Below, in pieces: positions 10,101 through 22,700 of a stretch of DNA of 64,000 nucleotides. The translations under genes and the position numbers were made by a program. The DNA lies in the NCBI GenBank assembly GCA_039798785.1, contig JBDKFG010000013.1, forward strand, positions 1 to 64,000, given 5' to 3'. Under the pieces are notes generated by a model. That model had not been told where the DNA came from. It saw only the letters and a list, made by a program, of their open reading frames with translations, and did not search any database. Positions within the stretch are counted from its first letter, which is position 1. Every line of letters begins with the position of its first letter. Source of the stretch: Verrucomicrobiota bacterium (GTDB taxonomy: Bacteria > Verrucomicrobiota > Lentisphaeria > Lentisphaerales > Lentisphaeraceae).

Positions 10101-10424
10101 GCTGTCGCCAGCGGTGTTGAAGAGGATGCTGTTGCTGGCGGTGACGCCGTCGGGTCCGACATAGCGGATGCTGAAGAAGGGGGAGAATTCGTTGCCGTTG
10201 TCGACAAAGGAGACGAGGCCGAGGTCGAGCTCGCTTTGAGTGAAAAATTTGCTGGTCTTGCCGTTGAGCGTGAAGTGGCCGCCCAAAACCTTGTCAACGA
10301 TAAACCGGCCGCCCGAAATCTTTTCGAAACGGGTCGCAACATCAAAGTTGGCGCTGTCCAGAACCGTGCTCTGGCCCTCGTTTATCAGGATGTTGTTGAA
10401 AGTCAGCGTGGCAAGACTACTCAT
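7140..10424 (-). CDS. Large adhesin-like protein (~1094 aa): N-terminal CSPG/cadherin-like repeats, Ig-like/VCBS repeats, He_PIG-type Ig domain
   Basis: FTQSELDLGLVSF and FTLADLAAGNVIFH; GNYSYNP...GNDSFTVIVSD; LPGWLTFDPDTRTFSGTP; GVYGTLSIKADGSYIYTV. AGAGGAG RBS before the ATG at 10424. No signal peptide or RTX tail. Confidence 0.85.
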   Translation of the reverse strand: MSSLATLTFNNILINEGQSTVLDSANFDVATRFEKISGGRFIVDKVLGGHFTLNGKTSKFFTQSELDLGLVSFVDNGNEFSPFFSIRYVGPDGVTASNSILFNTAGDSNGNKFNTFNDLADVDVTRLAFKAYDADPTFGIEYRSSSILTAKHLKITDPDSNKKISFGEHGIRINIFDSTEYTLEHYVREEGVGGWVEASEGVTYNEVLAGKVRLVWNGDAADSNIKLEITDSSYQGIDNTQVITLFTRFDAVRTGGNVAEQLGKLDYTPPTFVALRDGRTVLSTQQLQLFERQDADYVEIYSGTGKDSGYLYTVSSVKGGYFELKDSRTIVENGESRTDDVYVKTSSFTLADLAAGNVIFHSTGKDNISWKAKVRDPGGLISGSYNFSGYANSAPVVNEVSLTLMVAEDTTTSSRIIAADREGDVLSYELSGTGVTLSGGNYILSTAKGTITLNASTGNYSYNPKLDATGNDSFTVIVSDNNASTEVNVSVIITPFGENTVGSFDVSALETSMIVVGPTPSNEGYTYSIQGFGTTWVNNTWGTLTINPNTGVYTLDKSAKPNFFGEIDFTIIATKNGESMSYPATITISNVNDAPSFNISYTNKDAYIDTLFVLVLDSATDPDLGLAASTEKLTYTATFNNGALPGWLTFDPDTRTFSGTPTSNATNGTITVTVTDSANVSVSDSFTITLKGLDDKPWAPSIDTSATTVLESGLPTSIASNLLNGWFNSFGSSTIQSPSELRVSEVVGGAWTTDLVHGEGFLLYVTGDKVFVKADGTLIVDIDHSKWQHLSAGEKGSFSFTYKVTDNHGTPSNSADDTVSYERLVTVTVTGEDSLYTANDDSVSLNENVLGTVSVAANIGILSNDSDLDTNDKFYVHSAKLSTSNTYTTVDSDPSNGLSSTSVDIQGVYGTLSIKADGSYIYTVNNADVDTQALGAGSNASEIFDVRSGSYFGTAISPQIDTSTLTITIVGEDDKPTLKSNNAIVIDTHGQAGDSFSHDLRFTDLFIDLDGNEGELISVTDQNGLAIDYNLVTNNNGIFDGADILMLLNLKSNNDVLNGVGSTLTLGFDNSGDAAVDYYLSVNLLLIDSVPGVP

Positions 10425-10774
10425 TTCGGCTTCTCCTCTAATTGACAAAGGATTGTTGGGTCCTGCTCAAGCCAGAGCTTGAGCCGGCGTTCGGCCCAGT
10501 TTAGCGTATGTTCAAATGAAAGCAAATCTTGAATCGGTGGATTTCTGGCGATTCATGGAGAATCGGCAAAATCGGCTTGCCGAGTCGGGTGATGATTTCA
10601 GCTAGCCGTTTTGGCGACCTGGCTAGGCCCCTGGGGATTTTTGCTGATTCTGTCGACTCCCGATAATTTTTTTCCGAGGCAAGACAAGCTGCTGATTGGG
10701 GGTTAACTTGCGCGGAAGCGTCTTGACTTGCGGACGCGTAGTTCACCAGAACCCCTTGCATTGCGGAGAACACC

Positions 10775-13700
10775 ATGGCTCTCGGAATCTCTCTGAATCT
10801 GAAGTTGAAAGAAGGCGAAAAAGTCACTCTTGGGCAGCCCAGCTCAAAAGGCTCCACTGAGTTGACCTTCACTGGAGCGACTCCCATCCCCGGCACTGTG
10901 ATCACCGTCAGCGGCCTCTCCAACGGCAAGTTTTTCGTCAATGGTGTCGCCAAGTCCTCGTTCACCTACGCAGATTATCTTGCAGGCAAGGTGCAATTCG
11001 TCCACAACGGCTCGGAGTTCGCGCCGAAATTCACCCTCAGCGCCAAGATCGGCGGCTCCACCGTCAAGTTCATCCAGCCTGTCGATTCGGTTCATTTCGA
11101 GAATGTCAACGATGCTGCAGTCGTGATTGCCAAGCGTATCGCCATCAAGGAAGGGGTTCTGACCACACTCAGCTCTAGCTCGCTTAGCATCAAAGACGCC
11201 GAGCAGACTTCTTCGCAGCTGAAGATCACCCTGAAAAGCAGCGCCTTCGAGCACTATGAAATCTACAAGAGCGGCAGCTTGCTGTCCGATGAAGAAGGCA
11301 ACAACAGCTTCACCTACGCCGATGTCGTCGCAGGCAAAATCAAGTTCCGTTTGATGGCGGGGCATTATGACAGCGCGACCAACATAGCCTTCACTGTCGA
11401 TGACCAGACGGGGGCAAGCAACAGCCGAGTTGATGGTCACGTTCTGATCCAGCTCAAGACCGCCACAATCAATGTCAATAGCGCCCCGGTGGTCACACCC
11501 AGCGCCGAGAAGCTCAGCATGGCACTCGGTGGCTCCAGCCAGCTCCACGTGGATTCCTTCCCCACCGTTGCCGATGACCATGGAGCCCCTCCCGCAGGCT
11601 TGCTGGTCACCGTCACCAAGAGCGCTGGCGTCTACTTCACCATTCACGGCGTCAAAACTCCCACCTTCACTATGCAGGATGTCGCCGAAGGTCTGGTCTT
11701 CATCAATCACGATCCGAAATGGACTGCCAGCCTCGACTTCACACTCAAATTCACCGATGACATGGGCAAAAGCTCGGTCACCTACAGCTCCAGCCAGCTC
11801 TTCCAAGGCGGCTTGAATCTCGATGAAATCATCGTCACCGGTGACGCAGCGATCGACAATGTCGTCGAGCACGGCTCGACTCTCTCCGGCGACCTTGACG
11901 CAGCAGTCGCCGCTCAACCCGGATTGACCTTCACCTACGTCCTCAAGACCGGAACCACCTACGGCACGGTCGTCATCACCGATCCCGCCACCGGCGCATT
12001 CACCTACGTCAATGATGTCAATGCCGACACCGACAGCTTCGTCGTCACCATCACTGCTAGCAATGGCATGACGGTCGACCAGGTCGTGATCATCGACATC
12101 GTCCCTGAAAATCTCGCGCCCACGGCTCCCAATGTCTCCCTCACCATAGACGAAGATTCGGTCGCGGCGATCACGGTTCTCGGTTCTGACCCCGAAGGCG
12201 GCCCGGTTTCCTATTCGATCGAAACCTCGCCGGCTTCCGGTGTCGTCGTTGCCACCGATGCCAACGGTCATTTCAGCTACACCCCGGCCAGCAACTTCAA
12301 TGGCACCGACAGCTTCGTCGTCAGAATCCAAGATGCCGGTGGCAAATTCAGCACCGCCACCGTGACGGTGACAGTCGATCCGATCAATGACGCCCCGGTT
12401 TTCACCAGCCCTGCCAGCTACACGGTTGCCGAGGGTTCTCCCCTTAGCGGCACCTTGACCGCTACGGATCTCGAAAGTTCAGAATTCATCTATGCCGCCA
12501 CCTCCTCGGGCCCCGTTCATGGCACTCTGTCGGTCTTGGAAAATGGCAGCTTCACCTACACTCCGGCAAGCAACTTTGCCGGCACCGACAGCTTTGTCGT
12601 CAGCGTCAGCGACGGCACAGACACCACCCTTCAGACCATCACTGTGACGGTGACTGACGACAATGCGGATGCCCCCACCGGCCTGCTCCTGACTCCTTCT
12701 GCCGTCCTCGAAGGCGCTGTCGGTGTCGATATCGGCACTCTCCTGGGCCTGGATCCCGACCTGAACAGCAGCTTCACTTATGAGCTGGTGAACACCGCCG
12801 GATCGCTTGAAATCGTCAACGGCAATCTTCTCAGACTCAAGTCGGGCATGTCCCTTGATAACACCTTGGACAATGGCAGCAGCGATCTGCTTTCGGTCCA
12901 GATCAAAGTCAAAGACGGCCAAAACCATGAATCGGTTCAAACCGTCAATATCAGCATTGCCGATGCCCTGCGCGGTCCTGTTTTCAGCACCACTGCGGTC
13001 ACCACGGACGAGGACGTCATCATCAACGGCCAGCTGGTGGCCAGCCCAGCCGCTGGCGAGCTCGTTGGCGCAATCTCCTATTCCAAGGTCACCGGGCCTG
13101 CTCATGGCAACCTGACCGTCAATTCTGACGGCAGCTATGTCTACACACCGGCGGCCAACTACAACGGTGCCGACAGCTTCGTCGTTCGCGCCACCTCTGG
13201 CAGCGGTGCGGGCACTGTCAGCAGCACCCAGACCGTCAGCGTCACCGTCAATCCGGTGAATGATCTTCCCTCGCTCAGCGTCAGCTCCTTCAGCGTCCCG
13301 GAGAATCTTGCCGGCGGCAGCACCATCGCCAATCTCCTTAGTACGGATGCCGATGCCAATGACACCGCCAGCTTCTATCTCTATTCTGATCTGAGCGGCA
13401 AGTTTGAAATCGTTGGCAGTGCGCTTCGCTTGAAAGCCGGCGAGAGCCTCGACTTCGAAAGCCAGAGCGTCTACAATCTGACTGTCAGGGTCAGCGATGG
13501 CAACGGCGATTCCGTCGATGTTGCTGTCGCCGTTCAGGTCACCAATGTCAACGAATCGCCGCTGGCGATCACCCTCACCCCCGAGCTTGCCGACAGCGCG
13601 ACCGGCTTAGCCTTGGTCAACGAGAATCTTCTCGGCGGCGTGGTCGGCACCTTGAGCTCCACCGATGCTGATGGCTCCGGCGATAGCGCCAACCATGTCT

Positions 13701-16700
13701 ACAGCGTCAATGACGCCCGCTTTGAAGTCGTCAACAAGGTTCTGAAGCTGAAGAGCAGCGCGGCGCTCGACTTCGAACTGACCCAAAGTCTTTCTCTGAC
13801 CGTCACAGCTACCGACCTCGGCGGATTGAGGACTTCGCAAAGCTTCACCATCCTTGTCGGCGATCAGGACGATCTGCCGCATGCCGATAAGCTGCAGTTG
13901 AATCTGGATGAACGGGTCCGCAATTCTGACGGCTCTTATGCGGTCGATGCGACCATGTTGCACGCCAGCATGGCCGGCAAAGTCGATTCCGCCATCGTCT
14001 TCAAGATCACCAGCCTTCCTAACGCCTCGACCTACTTCCGTCTCAACGGCGTCAAGGTGGCTGAATTCACCCAGGCCGACGTCAATGCCGGCAAGGTCAC
14101 CGTGGTGCTTGACGGCACTTCGATGCTCCCGGAAATCAAGATCTCCCTCGGTTATCGCGACCTCAGCGGTTCCGGCTTCGGCGCGATCGATTTCCTCCCT
14201 GTCGAGTTCACTTACGGAGCTTTCAACACCGCCACCCTACTCGATCTCAACTACGAGATCACCGGGACCGCGGCCGATGCCACTCTCGGTCAGAGCATTT
14301 GGGGCGATGCCAACTACTTCCTCGTAGGCGCCAATGAATACCGCAACAGCAGCGGCGACTTCCCCGAAGACATCCTCATCGGCGACAACCAAAGCAGTGA
14401 TGACCGCGCCGGCAACGTCCACGCGGAAACCCTCGATGGCAGCCGCGTCTCGGCCGCCGCCGTGCCCGGTGGCAAGTTCGTCGCCAAGATGAGCTTCTAT
14501 GACGCCGCCGCCGCCGGATACCAGTACAACGCTGAATATCTCCTCAACGTCAACGGCGCCGCCGCCACCTTCTTCGCTCTGCCGGACTCCGCCACTCCCT
14601 ACACCAACGGCGGTTCCTACTCCATCACGGGCGCAAGCGTCACCGCCGCCAATGCAGGCGACTTTGACAAGCGCGGCCTCAACGACCTGATCATCGCCGA
14701 CTCAAAAGCCGATGTCGCCGGCACCGACGGCGTGGTTCGCACCGATGCTGGTGGCGCCTTCCTCGTCTGGGCCGAAGGCAACACCGCTGGTGCTGGTGCC
14801 GCCAACACCCTGGCCTTCGTCGCCAACAAGACTGATAAATCCACCCACGTCCAGATTCTCGGGGCCAAAGCCGGCGACCAGACCGGCGCCGCCCTGGCCG
14901 GCAATCTCGACATGAATGGCGACGGCTTCTCCGAGCTGGCCATCACCGCTCCGATGTTTGATTCCGCCGTGTCTGCCGATGTCGGTGCCGTCTATCTCCT
15001 CCGTGGCTCGTCTGTGACTCCCACTATCGACCTCGCCCAAGGTCTCGGCAGCAACGGCATCCGCATCATCGGTGCCGAAGCCAACGGCCACATCGGCAAC
15101 ATCCTCCTGAGCGGCAACTACGATCGCAACTTCAATCTGGCGACCGCAAACGATCGTTACGGCGACCTTCTCATCGCCGCCAAGGACGTCGATGGCAGTG
15201 TCTCCGGCCAGGCGGAGCGCACCGACTCCGGCGAAGTCTATCTCGTCTGGGGCAGCAACAGCGTCTACAACGCCGACATCAAGCTGGACAGCACCTTCAC
15301 CGGTCTCCGCATCGTCGGCGCCAAGGCGGGAGACGCCTTGGGTTCTTCGATGATCAATGCCGGCGATCTGAACGGCGACGGCTTCCAGGATCTCTTCATC
15401 GGCGCCAGCGGCGTCGATATCGGCGGCAAGTCCAATGCCGGTGCCGTCTATGTCATCTGGGGCGGAACTCACCTCAAGACTGCCGGCAAGGTCATCGATC
15501 TCGCCAAGCTCGACAGCAGCGAAGGATTCGCCATCTACGGCGAAGCCGCCGGCGACCTCTTCGGCAGCACCATCGCTCTCGGCGGCGACCTCAATGACGA
15601 CGGTGTCCAGGAACTCCTCGTCGGCGGCCGCAACAACGGCAATGCCAATGATGGCAAAGTCACCGTCATCGATGGCGCGCTCTTGAAAGCCATCGGCAAA
15701 GGCGCTGCCAGCGGCCACGCCCTCAGCTATGCCGGCGACAGCCAGGACAACACCTTCGCCTACGACGCTACCACCGACTATCTCGTCGGCGCCCAAGGCC
15801 GCGGCGGCTTCGACACCCTGGCCATCACCGGCAGCAATGCCGATGTCACGATTCAGCGCTTCAATCTCTCCGGCATCGACCTCATCGATCTCAACGCCGA
15901 GGGTCGCCAGAGCGTCACTCTCGACCGCCGCGATGTGGTCCAGATCGGCGATGGCTTCGACATCAACTCCTACTCGCTTTACCTCGACTCTCTCGCCAGC
16001 CAGCAGGCTGCAGGCGGAGCCATCGTCATCCCCGAGGATCATTTCTCCACGGCTTTGCGCATCAACCGAGCCGCGGCTGACGGAGTCAATCTCCAGAGCT
16101 TCCATCGCCTCAGCTACATCGACAACAGCAACAGCGCCGTCAATGTCACCCAGGTCTTCGATGGCATCACCTACGATGTCTACCAGAGCGATACTGACGA
16201 GTTCGCCATCGTGCTCATCCAGCAGCTCCCGCCCAATCACGCCCCCAGCGATCTCTCGCTCTCGCCAGCCAGTGTCAACGAAAACGTCAACGTCGACACT
16301 CTCATCGGCACTCTGAGCGCGACCGACATTGACGCCGGCGATGCACATACCTTCACCGTCACCGACTCGCGCTTCGAAATCCGCAACGGCAACCAGCTTT
16401 GGCTCAAAGCCGGCAACGCCTTTGACTTCGAGTCCACCCCGAGTGTCAGCCTCCAGATCACCGCCACCGACGTCGGCGGCTTGAATGTGACCAAGACCAT
16501 CAGCGTCGCCGTCAATGACCAGTTCGAGCGTTCCGTCCTGAAAAACAAATTCGAGCTGGTCATCGATGAACGGATCAATGCCCTTGGCGAGGCCTACGCG
16601 GAAGTCGTCGTCACCACCGAGATGCTCAACCTCAGCGCCAACGGGGTTGCTGATCTCAGCACCATCCTGGTCCGGGTCGATTCGGTCGTCGGCGGTCGTT

Positions 16701-19700
16701 TCGTCAATGGCACTGTCAATAGCGCGACTTCCTTCACCATGAAGGATGTCGTCGACCAAAAAGTCAAATTCATTACGGATTTGAGCGGACGCGTCCCTGA
16801 GATCATGGTCTCCCTCGGCGTCGCGGGCCAGGCCTTCGAGGTCTCGACCCATCTGCCCTTGCAATATTCGCCGGTCAACTACAGCTTGACCAACGCTCTC
16901 GACTCAAACTACAAGATCATCGGAACGAATAAAAACATCACAATCACCAACGGCCAAACCGAGTGGGACGGCACCGTAAACCCTGCCAACAGCACCATCA
17001 TCTGGGCGTCGAATTCGGTCTTGATGATCGCCGGCCTCGCCTACAACAGCGGTGCCGACTTCCCCGAAGACGTGGCGCTCTTGGATAACTGGGATGACGA
17101 TATGCGTATCGACCCCGAAGGCACCATTCTCTTTGATCTGCTTGACAGTGGTCGTATCAATACCGTAAATCCCTCGCCACTGCGCGATCTCGACACTTCG
17201 ATCGGCACCCCGATCACCCAGATGCAGTTCTTTGATGGCCCGGCCCAAGGCATTCAATACCGCTCGACTTTCGATATTTACATGACCGAAAGCAAAATTG
17301 CCTTCAAAGGCGATATCAACTACGACAATGTCCTCGATGCTACCGAATACTGGCAGTTGGTGAGTCCCGATCCCATGGTTCACGACTATGTCGACTTCAC
17401 CAACGCCAACGGCTTCACCTTCAGCTCGGTGGCCAGTGCCGGCGACTACGATAAACGCGGCTTGAACGACATGGTGATCGGCCTGAAAAACGCCGACTTC
17501 ACCGGTCGCGCCGATGCTGGTGGCGCCTTCCTGGTCTGGTCCGAAGGCAATTATGCCCCGGATTTCACCGATGCCGATGATGGTTACACACTTCAGTTCG
17601 ATAACCCGATGACCACCGATACTTGGGTCTTCGATCGCGACACTGAGCAGCCCAAATTCGTCCTCAGCTATGTCCAAATTCTTGGTGCGACCGCTGGCGA
17701 TGCCGCCGGTACCGCCGTGGCCGGGGGTGACATGGACAGAGACACCTTCAGTGATGTTGCCATCAGTGCTCCCGGATTCGGCGCCAATGACGCCGGCGCC
17801 GTCTATCTCCTTCGCGGCCGCTCGGTCACCAGCACCATTGACCTCGCCAACCTCAATTCCTCTATCGGCATCAAGGTCACCGGCGCCAACGCAGGTGATC
17901 AGATCGGTACCAGCTTGGCAAGCGCCGACTTCGATGGCGACGGTCGCCAAGACCTCGCCATCGGTTCGAGCTTCGTCGACGGCAGCCGCAACGGCATCGC
18001 TCTCTCCGATGCCGGGGAAATCGACATCGTCTGGGGCCGCGACAATCTCTTCACCACCGGCGACATCAATCTCGGCACCGGCTTCACTGGCACCCGGATC
18101 ACGGGCGGTTCTGCCAATGACCAAGTCGGCAAAACCCTCTTCCTTTACGACATTGATGGCGATGGCAGCCAAGATCTGATCATCGGCTCGCCGAATGTCG
18201 ATGCCGCTGGCCTTGTCGATGCCGGCGCGGTTTATATCATCTGGGGCGGCGCCGCCCTGAAAAACACTTCGCGTATCGACCTTGCCAATCTCACCGTCGA
18301 TCAGGGCATCGCCATTTACGGATCCAAGGCTGGTGACGCCATCGGCACCAAGGTGGTCTTCGGTTCCGATCTCAACGGCGACAACTTCAAAGAGCTGTTG
18401 ATCAGCGGCAACGACCAGGTGCATGTCTTCGACGGCGCCCTCATCGACGCGATCCGCTACAACGGCGCAGGCGTTCATGACAGACCGGTCTTCTATTCCG
18501 GCCAAGAGCAGCAGCTCGGCACCTACTACGGCGACAACACCTTCAGTGTCAACACCGACACCGACTACCTCGTCGGCATGGACGGCCGCACCGGCGAAGA
18601 CACTCTCGCCATCAATGGCCTGAAGACCTTCACCGTCTCCCGCTTCAACCTCGACGGCGTCGAGGTCCTCGACCTCGTCCAACGCGAAGGCAGCGGCCTG
18701 CCCTCCGTCCTCGATTCCCAGACCAAGCAGACCCTGGTCATCGATCGCCGCGACCCGGTCGACCTCATCGACTCGGAACGCCAGATCGCCATGGTCAATG
18801 CCTACTCCGACTTCATCCGCAGCGGCAGAGTCGGTGCCGACTTCTCCTCCTGCCTGCGCATCAACCGCACGGCTCAGGACGATGTCATCAGCAGCGACTT
18901 CTTAGGCACCCCCCATCTTCTCGAAGTCGGTCAGCAGACCCAGTTCCAAAAGCTGCTTGACGTCAACAACAATGTCGTCACCCAGCAAGTCGGCGCCACC
19001 GTCTACGAAGTCTGGCAGAGCACCTCCGACGCTCAGTCGCTCGTCCTGATGCAGCGCCTCTCCGACATTCTGGGCATCACGCTCACCGGCAACACCGTGA
19101 CTGAAAACGTCGATGGTGCGCCTTACAACCCCGCTCTTCCCCTTCCTCAGCCTGGAGTCATTGGCACCGTCAACGTCCTCGACAATGATGCTGATGACTC
19201 GTGGACCTTCAGCATCGCCGCGCCCTATGACGCCAAGTTCGAAATCGTCACCACCGGCAGCGTCGGCCATTGGGTCCACACCCTGAAGCTGAAGGACGGC
19301 GTCCACCTCAACTTTGAGCAAGACCCGAGCATTCTGATCACCATCACGGCCACCGACCGCCAGGGTCATGTCAAAGCCGAAAGCTTCACCATCACCGTCA
19401 TCGATGTCCCGGCTGATATCACCGTCGCCAACCTCGTCATCCCCGAGAATGTCGATGGCGCCCTGATCAGCGCTTTGACCTTCACCGACCCGGATCACAT
19501 CGCCGACATCGCCTCGGTCACCGTCAGCGACTCGCGCTTCACCGCGGTCAAGAACGGCAATGTCTGGGAGCTCAAGCTCAAACCCGACGTCCGCTTCAAT
19601 CGCGAAATTCTCAATGAACTGGATCCTAACGACGTGCCGGGCGGCGATAAGTGGGATGACGCCATCAAAGGCGTCCAAATCACCGTCACCGACACCGACG

Positions 19701-22700
19701 GCAAGACCTTCACCAAGAGCTTTGACTTCACCATCCAGGATAGCGACTCGGGCATCGTCGAGAACTTCCTCGGTGCCATGGTCAGCACCTTGGATCTTGC
19801 CGCCTTCGAGATTCCAGTAGGCAAGACCATCCTGGCGGTCACCGTCAACGACAATCGTTTTGAAGTCAAGCAGGATACTTCCGGCAATTACTACCTCACG
19901 CTCAAGGCGGCTTATTCGCTCAATTTTGAGCTTGAGCCTAGCGTGACTTTGAATATCCAGGTCACCTTGAATGATAACACCGCCATCACTCGCAAATACA
20001 CCTTTGATGTCGATGATGTCAGCACCTTGATGACGTCTACCGGCAACACCATCGTCGAGAATGTCCTCGGCGCCGTCGTCGGCAATCTTGATTTTGTCGA
20101 TCCTCTGCTGGCGAACGTTCAGTCCGTTACGGTCAATGACAGCCGCTTCGAGGTCATCGAGTCGCGCGGCAAGTACATTTTGAAACTCAAAGACAACATC
20201 GCCTTGAACTACGAGGCGCTGGCGCCCAATTACAAGGTCAACCTGCTGATCTCGGTCACCGACAAGGACGGCAAGGTTCATAGCAACTTGCCCTTGGTTG
20301 TGGATGTCACCGACGTCAACGAAGCTCCTTATGACCTGCAGTTCAGCAATCTCTCGGTTGTTGAAAATGCCGTTGCCGCCACCATTGGCACCATCACCGT
20401 CAAGGATCCCGATGCCAGCGACATCTGGACCTTCACCGTGGGCGACAACCGCTTTGAAGTGGTTTACAGCGGCGGCGTGTATAGCCTCAAGCTGCGTGAC
20501 GGCATTTCGCTCGACTATGAGCGCGAACAAAGCGTCACCTTCGATGTCGTGGTCAAGGATCTCGGCGGCGCCGCTGGCGGCTTCAGCTACAGCGAAAGCA
20601 TCACCGTGAATGTTACCAATGTCCTCGAAACTGCGGTCAGCAAGGACAAGTTCTACCTCAAGGTGAATGAGCGCGGCAACGGCGGGGTCATCGATGTCAC
20701 CACCGATATGATCGATCTCTCCTCGGGCGCGACGGCTGATGACAAGATCGTCATCCGTGTCGATTATTCTCAGGGTGGGCATTTCACCGTCGATGGCGTC
20801 GAGGCCAAGGTCTTCACCATGGCCGATGTCGCTGCCAACAAGGTCGACTTCGTCACCGATCTCAGCGGCCGCGTGCCGAATATCAAATTGTCGCTGGGCG
20901 TCACCACCAGCACTGTGGAAGCCGCCGTCTTTGAGGCCGGTATCCATCTGCCGGTGGAGTACCGCCCCCTCAACTACAGTCTCGGCAACGAGTGGGACCT
21001 CAACTATGTGGTCACCACCGCGCAGCCCACCTTCGGCGCTCCGCTTGGCGCGCCGGTCACCACCCCGCCCAACACTCCCTATGACACCCCGGTCTATTCG
21101 GAGACTTGGACTGCCTTCAGTGGTGAAATCACCGTCGATGACCCCGATAACGCAGCTCGAGCCGGTTCGAAATGGGACCTCTACACCTTGGATGGTGTCG
21201 CGGCTGGAACCACGATGGCGATTTACATCCGTCACGGCAGCCTCTTCGACCCCTGGGTGCAGGTGACTGATGCAGCTGGCAATGTGATTGTCGAGGATGA
21301 TGACACAGGTGCCGGCAACATCGAAGGGACCTACGATGGTGTCAACCCCGACAACCAGACTTACGATGCCTATGTCACCTTCGACTACCAGCCGGGTATG
21401 ATTGTGCGTGCCACGACTTTCCGCGACTGGGATGCCGTTTCCGTCCCCGGCGCTCGCTCGGGTCTCGGTACCTACACCCTCTACACCTCCGCCGGTGAGT
21501 TCATTGTTTATGAGCCGGTCAACAATGCACCGGTGCCCGGAATCTGGGCCAACAGCAGCGCATTGGTGATCAACAGCATGGCCTACAACGTCCAGGCAGA
21601 CTTCCCCGAGGATGTCACCGTCTGGGATAACATCGATAACGACAACCGCAGCGGCAACATCCATATCGACAGCCTCGATAGCGCCCGCGCCTCGGCGGTT
21701 ACTATTCCCAACGGTAAGGCGATTGTCGACATGGCCTTCTTCGACGGTCCTGCTGCCGGCGTCAATTCCAATGCCGATTACACCGTCTACTTCAGCGCCG
21801 ACACCATCACCCTGCGTGCTGACATCAACTACAACGGCGCTGTCGATGTCGGAGAGGATGCTGTCAACCGCTTGCTCACTGGCGGCGGCTTCACTTCGGT
21901 GGCCAATGCTGGCGACTTTGACAACCGTGGTCTCGACGAGATCCTCGTTGGCCGTTCCGGTGCCACGGTGGACGGGCGCGAGGGCGCGGGCGGTGCCTTC
22001 CTGGTCTGGGCCGAAGGCAAAGCCGCTGCCGATTACGCCTTGAATTTTGCTGATCCGATCACTACTGACGAGACCCAATATGTGCAGATCATCGGCGCCA
22101 ATGCCGGCGATGCTGCAGGTACGGCTGTCGCCGGAGCGGGTGACGCCAACTTCGACGGATTCGATGACATCTTGATCAGTGCCACTGGCTTCGACGTCGG
22201 CGGCATGGCCAATGCCGGTGCAGTCTATCTCTTGAGTGGCCTCTCGGTGCGCGCCACCATCGACCTTGCCGATCTCTCTCGCAATACCTTGACAAACAGC
22301 ACTGGCACTGGCATCCGCATCCTCGGCGGCACCGCCAATGATGCCATCGGCGACAAGCTGGCCTCCGGAGACTTCGACGGTGACGGTTACAGCGACTTTG
22401 TGGTCGGCGGCAGCTCACTGGATGGCACCCTTTATCGCGATGCCAACCACAACATCGTCAGTCGCGAGAATTCGGTCTACACTGACGAGCGCAGTAACTC
22501 CGGTGAGGTTTATCTCATTTGGGGCAAGCAGGATATCTTCAGTTCGGGCGACATCAGCCTGGCCCCTGGATTCGAGGGCACTCGCGGCATCCGCATCGTC
22601 GGTGCAGCCAAGGACGACCAGCTCGGCACCGTGATGAAAAACATCGGCGACATCGATGGCGACGGTCTGGATGATCTCCTGATCAGCGCCACAGGTTTCG

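Noticed and set aside
10501..10965. 154-aa minus-strand ORF across the divergent spacer
   Set aside because: Overlaps the giant gene start in antisense; no RBS or motif support.
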